A stretch of DNA of 64,000 nt from an uncultured Gammaproteobacteria bacterium. GTDB lineage: Bacteria > Patescibacteriota > Microgenomatia > UBA8517. The stretch lies in assembly GCA_964587425.1 (NCBI GenBank), contig CAZPLB010000003.1, positions 60,763-124,762 of the forward strand, written 5' to 3'. Both the position numbers and the translations under genes were made by a program. Each line of letters opens with the position of its first letter. The first letter of the stretch is position 1. Shown here piece after piece: positions 9,755 to 17,710 of this stretch. The notes under the pieces were generated by a model. It saw only the letters and a list, made by a program, of their open reading frames with translations, searched no databases and was not told where the DNA came from.

Positions 9755-10194
9755 AATTAAAAACAAAAAGGATAGACAAATCTTTAGAGCTTCCAAAATA
9801 TGAAAAAGGAGCAGCCTGTTTCGACTTTGTTTGTCGTGAAGACGCTACCATTAAACCAAAAGAAATAAAACTAGTTCCATCAAACTCAGTCATTAAGGTG
9901 CCTGTTGGATACTCAATTTTAATTTTTTCAAGAAGCAGCACCCCTTTGAGGAAAGGCTTGATGTTGGCTAATGGAGTTGGAGTGTTGGATTCTTTTTATT
10001 GTGGTGATAAAGATGAAATAATGCTCGAGTTTATGAATATTTCAAATAAAATTGTGGAAATAAAAAGGGGAGAAAAACTTGCTCAGGGAATGTTAATTAA
10101 GCATGAAACAGTAGAATGGGAAGAGGTTGAAAAAATGGAAGATAAAGGTCGCGGAGGATATATTACTGATTTAAACATAAAAAATAAAAAATGA
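9751..10194 (+). CDS. dut: dUTP diphosphatase
   Basis: AACFD, SRSS, GVLDSFYCG, LAQG, RGGY motifs 1-5. Confidence 0.9.
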   Translation: MKLKTKRIDKSLELPKYEKGAACFDFVCREDATIKPKEIKLVPSNSVIKVPVGYSILIFSRSSTPLRKGLMLANGVGVLDSFYCGDKDEIMLEFMNISNKIVEIKRGEKLAQGMLIKHETVEWEEVEKMEDKGRGGYITDLNIKNKK

Positions 10195-11132
10195 ACACAG
10201 AAAGAAACGAAACAAAACAGAGAGTAAATGCAGGAGCAGAAGAACACCTCGGTATACCAATTCCTGTTCTAGATCATGGCTTCGTAATTCTTGTAGGATA
10301 CATGGGTGACGATCAATCAATAGAAGAAGCAGCGAGAATCTCATACGGTGGTGGTACTAGGTCTGTGAACGAGAGAACAGGTTTGATTAGGTATTTGAGA
10401 CGAAACAAACATACAACTCCTTTTGAGATGGCAGAACTGAAGTTCCATATAAAGATCCCGTTATTTGTTCTTGCACAGATGATTAGACATAGAACAGCAA
10501 ATATTAATCAATTATCGGCTCGTTATTCAGTTATGGACAACGAATTCTATATTCCCGAACCTGAAAATATTGGAATTCAATCGTCAACAAATAGGCAGGG
10601 TAGAGGCCAGGAAGTTGAAGCTAGTCGTGCAGACGAATTTAAGCGATGGTTGATAACGACAGCAATGTTAAGTTACGAAAAGTACGAAGATTTTCTAAAC
10701 GATGACGGAAAAGGTAAACCCAAAAATCCAGATGAACCTATGATTGCGCGTGAATTATCTCGCATGGGTCTGCCACAGAATCTTTATACGCAATTAGTTT
10801 GGAAATGTGATTTACATAACATATTTCATTTTTTAGGGCTTCGTATGGAAAAACACGCACAATGGGAGATTAGAGAATATGCAAACGCGATGGCAACTGT
10901 TGTTAAGGACAGTTTCCCGATTGCATACAAAGCTTTTGAAGACTATGAATTAAATGCGACTCAACTTTCAGCACCAGAAAAAAATATACTAACGGAACTG
11001 ATTATCTCGAAGGGAATTGCCATTACTTTAGAAGAAGTTTATAAACTTGCAGATCAAACGGGTTTAACAAACAAAAGAGAACGAGAAGAATTAATTAATA
11101 AATTTCGCACAATCGAACTGTTGAAAGAATAA
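10191..11132 (+). CDS. thyX: FAD-dependent thymidylate synthase ThyX
   Basis: AARISY, HTTPFE, RHRTANINQLSARY (RHRx7S), LR...HAQWEIR. Confidence 0.95.
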   Translation: MNTERNETKQRVNAGAEEHLGIPIPVLDHGFVILVGYMGDDQSIEEAARISYGGGTRSVNERTGLIRYLRRNKHTTPFEMAELKFHIKIPLFVLAQMIRHRTANINQLSARYSVMDNEFYIPEPENIGIQSSTNRQGRGQEVEASRADEFKRWLITTAMLSYEKYEDFLNDDGKGKPKNPDEPMIARELSRMGLPQNLYTQLVWKCDLHNIFHFLGLRMEKHAQWEIREYANAMATVVKDSFPIAYKAFEDYELNATQLSAPEKNILTELIISKGIAITLEEVYKLADQTGLTNKREREELINKFRTIELLKE

Positions 11133-11135
11133 CCG

Positions 11136-11597
11136 ATGAATATATACTTTGCAGGTTCGATGGCCGGTGGACAACAATATAAACCTGGAATGGACTTAAT
11201 TGTTGAAGAATTAAGACATCAAGGACATCACATTATGACTGGATTTGTGGTTGGTGAAGAATACGAAGATGGGTACCCAACAAATAATGCGTGGGAAAGA
11301 GACATTCCTTTGTTGCAAGAATGCGATGCAGTTGTCGCCGAAGTTTCACAACTTTCAACAGGAGTTGGAATTGAACTTGGTGTCGCATCAGTAGCATTCG
11401 GAAAACAAATATTATGTCTAAGGGACAAGACACTGGAGCCAACACGTTTATCTCAACTGATAACAAAAGGTCCCTTTATCACCTCACATTACGACCCAAA
11501 GAATAGAGAAGATTTACGAAGTTTATTAAAATATTTTTGTGCACATGTAGGCAACGAAATAGAAAAACAGCAAACAAGAAGAGAGACGGAACTATAA
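11136..11597 (+). CDS. Nucleoside 2-deoxyribosyltransferase / DNPH1(Rcl)-like dNMP N-glycosidase
   Basis: IYFAGSMAGG, ERD..L..CDAVVAEVS..STGVGIELG motifs. Confidence 0.8.
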   Translation: MNIYFAGSMAGGQQYKPGMDLIVEELRHQGHHIMTGFVVGEEYEDGYPTNNAWERDIPLLQECDAVVAEVSQLSTGVGIELGVASVAFGKQILCLRDKTLEPTRLSQLITKGPFITSHYDPKNREDLRSLLKYFCAHVGNEIEKQQTRRETEL

Positions 11598-11601
11598 AAT
11601 T

Positions 11602-12267
11602 ATGTTAATAACTTTTGAAGGGGGGGATGGTGGCGGTAAAACAACTCAAATTGTAGAATTATGTACAAAAATTCGCGCGTTAGGTATCACATGCTCCCTT
11701 TTCAGAGAACCAGGTAGTACAACTATTGGTGATCAAATTAGAGAAATTCTTCACAGCATGGACAACAAGGACAAAATGCAGCCAATGACAGAACTCTTAC
11801 TCTTTGCAGCATCACGAGCACAACTCGTCAGAGAAAAATTACTGCCGGCATTAGAACACGGGGTTGTTGTCCTAGATCGTTTTACGGATAGCACCCTCGC
11901 ATACCAAGGTGGAGGTCATGGTGTAGATGAAGAGATTTTAAGAAGTTTAAACTCTTACGCAACAGGCGGCCTTATTCCAGATTTGACCTTCTTGTTAGAT
12001 ATCGAGCCAGAAATTGGCTTACAAAGAAGACTTGCCGGTCTTGCATTTGGTGAAGAGTGGACAAGATTAGATGACATGGCTATGGATTTTCATCAAAAAG
12101 TGAGATCAAAATATCAAGAAATATCAGGACGCGATGGTGGCGGCAGGTGGGCCATCATTAATGCAAACAATGATCAAGAAACTATTGGCAATGTTATTTG
12201 GCACATAACTGAACAGAGACTAAAGACAAACGGAGTTATAGAAGGGCAGATTAGAAAGGAGAGGTAG
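11602..12267 (+). CDS. tmk: Thymidylate (dTMP) kinase
   Basis: ITFEGGDGGGKTT, REPG, LDRFTDSTLAYQG, PDLTFLLD. Confidence 0.95.
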   Translation: MLITFEGGDGGGKTTQIVELCTKIRALGITCSLFREPGSTTIGDQIREILHSMDNKDKMQPMTELLLFAASRAQLVREKLLPALEHGVVVLDRFTDSTLAYQGGGHGVDEEILRSLNSYATGGLIPDLTFLLDIEPEIGLQRRLAGLAFGEEWTRLDDMAMDFHQKVRSKYQEISGRDGGGRWAIINANNDQETIGNVIWHITEQRLKTNGVIEGQIRKER

Positions 12268-12869
12268 TGGCGGAGAAATTAAGAGCAGTTGTGGGTTGTA
12301 TGTTTTCAGGAAAATCAGACGAGCTCCTTCGACGTGTAACCAGAGCAGAGATTGCAGGACGAAGTGTTCTTGTCTTTAAACCAATAATAGATGACAGATG
12401 GAATAAATTGGAATCAGTTAGATCTCATGCAGGTGGCGAACATGAAGCAATAGCAATAAATAAGCCTTGTGAAATTTTAGAATATATTGGTAAAAATACA
12501 AAGATGGTAGCGGTTGATGAAATACAATTTCTTGATAATACAATAGTTCCAGTAATACTTGCCCTCTTGGAGAGAGATATTGAAGTTAACTTTGCAGGTT
12601 TACCGCTTGATTTCAAAGGTGAACCATTCGGCTCAATGCCAGAACTTTTGGTAAGAGCAGATGAGATATTAAGACTCACAGCAATTTGTACATTTAAAGA
12701 TAACGGTGAAATCTGTGGAGAGGACGCTACAAGAACTCAGAGGCTGGTTAACAATGAACCAGCAAAATGGGATGATCCAGTTGTTTTGATTGGAGCCCAG
12801 GAATCGTATGCCCCTCGTTGTCCAACTCACCACATTATTCCTGGTAAACCGCCTATTATGTTAAAATAG
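12267..12869 (+). CDS. tdk: Thymidine kinase
   Basis: GCMFSGKSDEL, DEIQF, GL.LDFKGEPFG, Zn-binding Cys, IGA.ESY..RC. Confidence 0.95.
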   Translation: MAEKLRAVVGCMFSGKSDELLRRVTRAEIAGRSVLVFKPIIDDRWNKLESVRSHAGGEHEAIAINKPCEILEYIGKNTKMVAVDEIQFLDNTIVPVILALLERDIEVNFAGLPLDFKGEPFGSMPELLVRADEILRLTAICTFKDNGEICGEDATRTQRLVNNEPAKWDDPVVLIGAQESYAPRCPTHHIIPGKPPIMLK

Positions 12870-12876
12870 CCTCACT

Positions 12877-14100
12877 GTGGACAAAATTACTTCTCTCATA
12901 AAACTGGAAGAAAAACGTCAGAAGGAAACTCTCATGATGATTCCTTCTGAAAATTATACTTACCCTGAAGTTCGTACCGCAGTTGGCTCAGTTCTAATGC
13001 ATAAATATTCAGAAGGTTATCCAGGTAAAAGATACTACCAAGGAAATGAATTTATAGATGAAATTGAAAACATTGCAATTGAGGCAGCTATGAAACTTTT
13101 CAAAGTACCACATGCCAATGTCCAACCATATTCTGGTTCTCCAGCAAATGCAGCTGTATATATGGCACTAATGAACCCAGGTGAAACATTGATGGGAATG
13201 AGTTTGTCAGCGGGAGGTCATTTAACTCATGGACATCCAAAAATTACTTTCTCTGGAAAGTTTTTCAATAGTGTCCAATATGGAGTAACAAAAGATGGAT
13301 GGATTGATTATGACGAAGTAAAAAAGTTAGCCAAACATGAAAAACCAAAAGTAATTGTAGCAGGGTTAACTGCATACCCCAGAAATATTGATTGGAAAAA
13401 GTTTGCAGAAATTGCCGATTCAGTTGGAGCATATCTAGTTGCAGACATTTCCCATATAGCTGGTCTTGTTGCAGCCAGTATCATTCCAAGCCCTATTCCT
13501 TTTGTTCACGTCGTGACAACGACAACACATAAAACATTAAGAGGTCCAAGAGGGGCAATCATTATGGTCACCAAAAAGGGGATAGAGAAAGACCTAGATC
13601 TCCCTAAAAAAATAGACAGAGCAGTTTTCCCTGGGATGCAGGGAGGACCGCACAACAATACAACAGCAGGAATTGCAATAGCTCTCGAAAAAGCACAGAA
13701 ACAAGAATTTAAAAAATATGCAAAGAATATAGTTTCAAATGCAAAAAATTTGGCAGAAGAATTAAAGAAAAATAATTTTAATTTGGTAACAGATGGAACA
13801 GATAATCATCTTGTGCTAATCGATCTTCGCAACAAAAATATTGGAGGCAAAGATGCTGCCATACTTTTGGAGAAAGCGGGCATAGTAGTTAATTACAATG
13901 CAATTCCATTTGATCCAAACCCTCCGATGAATCCTTCCGGTATTCGTCTTGGGACACCTGCAATTTCAGTCCGGGGAATGGGGAAGACTGAAATGAAATT
14001 AATTGCAAAGTGGATGAGTGATGTAATTTCAAATCCTTCTTCTGCAAAAAAAGTAAAAAAAGAAGTCCAAAAACTGTGTTCTAAATTTCCATTACAGTAA
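12877..14100 (+). CDS. glyA: Serine hydroxymethyltransferase
   Basis: PSENY, KYSEGYPGKRYY, GGHLTHG, TTTTHKTLRGPRG (PLP Lys). Confidence 0.96.
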   Translation: MDKITSLIKLEEKRQKETLMMIPSENYTYPEVRTAVGSVLMHKYSEGYPGKRYYQGNEFIDEIENIAIEAAMKLFKVPHANVQPYSGSPANAAVYMALMNPGETLMGMSLSAGGHLTHGHPKITFSGKFFNSVQYGVTKDGWIDYDEVKKLAKHEKPKVIVAGLTAYPRNIDWKKFAEIADSVGAYLVADISHIAGLVAASIIPSPIPFVHVVTTTTHKTLRGPRGAIIMVTKKGIEKDLDLPKKIDRAVFPGMQGGPHNNTTAGIAIALEKAQKQEFKKYAKNIVSNAKNLAEELKKNNFNLVTDGTDNHLVLIDLRNKNIGGKDAAILLEKAGIVVNYNAIPFDPNPPMNPSGIRLGTPAISVRGMGKTEMKLIAKWMSDVISNPSSAKKVKKEVQKLCSKFPLQ

Positions 14101-14173
14101 TTTTCCCCGTATCAAATTACCCAAAAAACAGGTATAATTACCCAAAGTTGGAGACAACTTTTTTTAATACCAA

Positions 14174-14983
14174 ATGACAACTACAATATTTGACGGGAAG
14201 ACTTTTGCAAAGGAAAGAGAGAAACTTCTTAAACTAAAAGTAAAAGAATTGAAGGCGACCAAAGGCGTACCAAAACTTGTAGCAATTCTAGTAGGCCGAG
14301 ATAAAGCAAGTTTAATATATACAAACCTCAAGAAAAAAACTGCAGAGAGAGTTGGCATTAAGTTTCAAGTTGTGAAATTTCCATCAACTACTGACTACAA
14401 AGAAATCATCAAAAAAATCAAAGAATTGAATAAGGAAGATAGTGTCCATGGAGTTATGGTTCAATTGCCTCTCCCCATTGAACTAAAAAAGAAAACAAGA
14501 GTTATCTTGCAGTCCATAGACAAAAACAAAGATGTTGATGGATTAAGAGTCAAAAGCATTTATACCCCAGCAGCTGTCAAAGCAGTAAGTGAAATCATTC
14601 AATATGTAATTAAACCTTTGGCATATATAGGTAAAAAGGCAGCAGTAGTAGGAGCAGCAGGAACTGTAGGAAAAGGGGTAACCAAAGAATTAACTAGAAT
14701 GGGATTCAAAGTATGTGAGTGTGAGAAAGGAACAAGAGATTTATATGCCAAACTTCATGAAGTTGATATTGTAGTTAGTGCAACTGGAGTACCAGGATTA
14801 ATATCTAGCCAAATGTTGAAAGAAGGTGTTGTTGCAATTGATGTTGGAGCTCCAAAGGGAGACATTGATTACAAGGCAGTGTCAAAGATGGCCTCCTTTG
14901 TCACCCCAGTTCCAGGTGGAGTAGGACCCGTCACAATTATTTGTCTTCTTGAAAATTTAGTTGAAGCTTGTTATAAAAAGTAG
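14174..14983 (+). CDS. folD: Methylenetetrahydrofolate dehydrogenase/cyclohydrolase FolD
   Basis: YxxxK, GVMVQLPLP, KDVDG, TPVPGGVGPVT. Confidence 0.92.
   Translation: MTTTIFDGKTFAKEREKLLKLKVKELKATKGVPKLVAILVGRDKASLIYTNLKKKTAERVGIKFQVVKFPSTTDYKEIIKKIKELNKEDSVHGVMVQLPLPIELKKKTRVILQSIDKNKDVDGLRVKSIYTPAAVKAVSEIIQYVIKPLAYIGKKAAVVGAAGTVGKGVTKELTRMGFKVCECEKGTRDLYAKLHEVDIVVSATGVPGLISSQMLKEGVVAIDVGAPKGDIDYKAVSKMASFVTPVPGGVGPVTIICLLENLVEACYKK
14949..14983 (+). promoter_or_regulatory. Promoter in folD 3' end (copy 1 of duplicated element)
   Basis: TTGAAA-17 bp-(TGn)TATAAA, 6 nt before ATG 14984; 17 bp identical to 15343-15359. Confidence 0.6.
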
Positions 14984-15346
14984 ATGCCCGTTGAACAATT
15001 CACAAGCCCCAGAGGAGAGAGTCTAATAAAAGTAGTCACAAAACATGGCAAATATAATTGGGTTAACTACTATGAAAACATAGATGCTGCCCTGAAAGGA
15101 TACAAAGAATCGCGTAGTTATTTAAACTTCATGGTGATGCTGTCAGCAGGAATTTCCATTGGAACTATTGTTACAAGTCTAACAATGTTACTTAAAGATC
15201 CTAATGTTGGACCACTTCAAATTGCTGGCATTATCTCACCTATCGGACCTGGAATGATTGGAATTGCATCATTTTTTGACAGTAGAAGTAAACTAAATTC
15301 TGTCAAAAGTACAATACCGGAAATTGAGAACTTCAAAAATAGTTGA
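14984..15346 (+). CDS. Hypothetical two-TM membrane protein
   Basis: 120 aa, two hydrophobic segments, leaderless promoter. Confidence 0.6.
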   Translation: MPVEQFTSPRGESLIKVVTKHGKYNWVNYYENIDAALKGYKESRSYLNFMVMLSAGISIGTIVTSLTMLLKDPNVGPLQIAGIISPIGPGMIGIASFFDSRSKLNSVKSTIPEIENFKNS

Positions 15347-15376
15347 AAATTTAGTTGAAAGTGCTATAACAAATAA
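15343..15376 (+). promoter_or_regulatory. Promoter (copy 2 of duplicated element)
   Basis: TTGAAAATTTAGTTGAA then TGC-TATAAC, 6 nt before ATG 15377. Confidence 0.55.
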
Positions 15377-15646
15377 ATGAGACAAGAATTTGAAGGTTGG
15401 AGCTTAGAGGATCTCCAATTCTTTCGTAAAGAAGCAAGTGAAACAAAGTTATGGCTAGGGGCCTTTGAATTCTTGGGTCTTATGGGTACATCTGTAGTAT
15501 GTGCGGCTTCACGGGATCTTAAAACAGGAGTTATTTGCACGGTTTCACTTGCTACCGGTCTAATTGTTTCTGAAGGAGTACGTAAACTAGTAGGCAGAGA
15601 AATTGAAGCTGTTCAGGAAGCCATCCAAGAGACCATTGATAATTAG
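15377..15646 (+). CDS. Hypothetical small two-TM protein
   Basis: 89 aa, two hydrophobic segments. Confidence 0.6.
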   Translation: MRQEFEGWSLEDLQFFRKEASETKLWLGAFEFLGLMGTSVVCAASRDLKTGVICTVSLATGLIVSEGVRKLVGREIEAVQEAIQETIDN

Positions 15647-15670
15647 ACTTCAACATAGTAAAATACCAAG

Positions 15671-15750
15671 CATCACATACTTAAGGGACAAGTTCCTGTA
15701 AGCGTAAGCTTCTCCTTAAGTAGCGGTTTAAGGAACTTTTTGTAAATCAC
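15671..15750 (+). promoter_or_regulatory. rpsB (S2) leader RNA, pseudoknot-like
   Basis: TACTTAAGG/CCTTAAGTA stem crossed by AAGTTCC/GGAACTT pairing, inner AAGC-GTAA-GCTT hairpin; immediately 5' of rpsB. Confidence 0.6.
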
Positions 15751-16434
15751 ATGGCAGCAAAGAAAAAATTAGATGTTAGTTTGGAAAGCCTACTTGAAGC
15801 AGGTGCTCATTTTGGTCACCAGATTAGGCGTTGGAACCCAAGAATGAAGCCATTTATATATGGTGAGGAAGATGGTGTTCATATTTTTGATTTAGTAAAA
15901 ACCAAAGAGAAGTTAGAGGAAGCACTCAAAGTTCTAGATGCAGCTAAAAAAGAAGGTAAAGTAATTCTTTTTGTTGGTACCAAGAAACAAGCCCAAGCAA
16001 AAACACAAGAAGTTGCAGAAAAATTGGGAGAGCCATATATAATTCAAAGATTTTTAGGTGGAACGTTTACAAACTTCGACCAAATTAAAAAATCAACCAA
16101 GAAACTTGCTGACATGAAAAAAGACCTGGCATCAGGTGCATATAATACCTTCACTAAAAAAGAAAGACTTTTAATAGCTCGTGAAATTGAAAGACTTGAA
16201 AAGAATTTTGGTGGAATTGCCAAAATGGACAAACTTCCAGATTATGTTGTCATAATTGATACCCACAAAGAAAAATCTGCAATCAGGGAAGCAAAGAGAA
16301 TGGGTGTTATAACTGTCGGACTAACAGACACCAATAGTGATCCAGATGATGTTGATTACGCTATTCCAATGAATGATGACGCTGAAAAATCTATAAATAT
16401 ATTTTTAGAAACAGTAGAGAATTATTTAAAGTAA
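15751..16434 (+). CDS. rpsB: 30S ribosomal protein S2
   Basis: LLEAGAHFGH, WNPRM, ILFVGTKKQA, LGGTFTN, DTN.DP, PMNDD. Confidence 0.98.
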   Translation: MAAKKKLDVSLESLLEAGAHFGHQIRRWNPRMKPFIYGEEDGVHIFDLVKTKEKLEEALKVLDAAKKEGKVILFVGTKKQAQAKTQEVAEKLGEPYIIQRFLGGTFTNFDQIKKSTKKLADMKKDLASGAYNTFTKKERLLIAREIERLEKNFGGIAKMDKLPDYVVIIDTHKEKSAIREAKRMGVITVGLTDTNSDPDDVDYAIPMNDDAEKSINIFLETVENYLK

Positions 16435-16439
16435 CTGCC

Positions 16440-16901
16440 ATGTCCAAACTAGATTTAAAGTTAATATCAAAACTTCACGACGCTACAGGAGCCCCAGTTA
16501 TTAGGGTCAAAAAAGTTTTGGATGAAGTAAAAGGAAATGAAAAGAAAGCATTTGAAATTCTTCAGAAAGAAGGTTTTGAAAAGGTTGCAAAAAGAGAAGG
16601 AAGAGAAACAGGACAAGGAATTATCTTTTCATATATCCACCACTCAGGAAAAATTGGCAGCATGGTCGAACTTCTTTGTGAGACAGACTTTGTTGCAAGA
16701 AATGAATTGTTTGTAGGCTTGGGAAAAAACGTAGCTCTTCAAATTGCATCCATGAATCCAAAAGATGTAAAAGATTTGGAGTCCCAGGATTTTATTAAAG
16801 AGCCTTCAAAAAAAGTGTTAGACTTAGTAAAGGAAGTCATAGCCAAAACTGGTGAGAATATTAAAATTGGTAAGTTCGAAAGAATGGAAATAGGTAAGTA
16901 A
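16440..16901 (+). CDS. tsf: Elongation factor Ts (short form)
   Basis: VELLCETDFVARN motif; follows rpsB. Confidence 0.93.
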   Translation: MSKLDLKLISKLHDATGAPVIRVKKVLDEVKGNEKKAFEILQKEGFEKVAKREGRETGQGIIFSYIHHSGKIGSMVELLCETDFVARNELFVGLGKNVALQIASMNPKDVKDLESQDFIKEPSKKVLDLVKEVIAKTGENIKIGKFERMEIGK

Positions 16902-17455
16902 TGGACGAATTAGCTACACGTAAAAAGATGCAGGGGGCGCTCGATGCACTGCAGAAAATAATTGGAACCATTAGAACAGGCCGAGCTACTCCTGCTCTTC
17001 TTGAAAATCTTGAAGTAGGAGTCTACGGCGGAGCACAAAGACTAAGAATATTAGAGCTCGCAAGTGTCACAACTTCAGACCCGCAAACCCTTGTTGTTGA
17101 CCCATGGGACAAATCAGTTATCGGAGAAATAAAAAAAGGAATAGAAGCTGCAAATATTGGAATGAACCCGGTTATTGATGGAGAAATTATTAGAATCACT
17201 CTCCCAGCCCTAACTACAGAAGACAGAGAAAAGTATGTGAAACTTCTTTCGCAAAAACTTGAGGAATCAAAAATAGTAATTAGACAAATTAGAGGAGAGT
17301 TAATGAAAAATATAAAAAGAGAATTTGAAGAAAAGAAAATTAGAGAAGATGAAAAGTTTGCCTTTGAAAAAAACCTTCAAGTATTAACAGATGAATTCAT
17401 TGGAAAGATAGAAGAAATCGGAGCACGCAAAAAACAAGAGTTACTTCAAATTTAG
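16901..17455 (+). CDS. frr: Ribosome recycling factor
   Basis: IRTGRATPALL, PWDKS, P.LTTEDR. Confidence 0.95.
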   Translation: MDELATRKKMQGALDALQKIIGTIRTGRATPALLENLEVGVYGGAQRLRILELASVTTSDPQTLVVDPWDKSVIGEIKKGIEAANIGMNPVIDGEIIRITLPALTTEDREKYVKLLSQKLEESKIVIRQIRGELMKNIKREFEEKKIREDEKFAFEKNLQVLTDEFIGKIEEIGARKKQELLQI

Positions 17456-17640
17456 TTAGCAGGGAAGTTCAAATGTTCTTCAACTCTCTTGATTCTTTTT
17501 TCGTGATTTAAGTGTGCTTTATCAAAGAAATCAATTGTTCGCTTTAGATCTCTTCTTATGATTCGAATATCATTACGAATAGGAACAAGTTTCTTATCAA
17601 ATAACTTTTCAATCGCCCCCAAATCCTGCTTTGTTAACAT
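17452..17640 (-). CDS. Small coiled-coil hypothetical protein
   Basis: MLTKQDL..I..L...EKRIKRVEEHL heptad pattern; leaderless promoter. Confidence 0.6.
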   Translation of the reverse strand: MLTKQDLGAIEKLFDKKLVPIRNDIRIIRRDLKRTIDFFDKAHLNHEKRIKRVEEHLNFPAN

Positions 17641-17710
17641 AATCCATCTTAATTTAGCTAGTTAAATTGTCAACTATATCTTCTAATATCTTTTCTGTTA
17701 GAATTACTTT

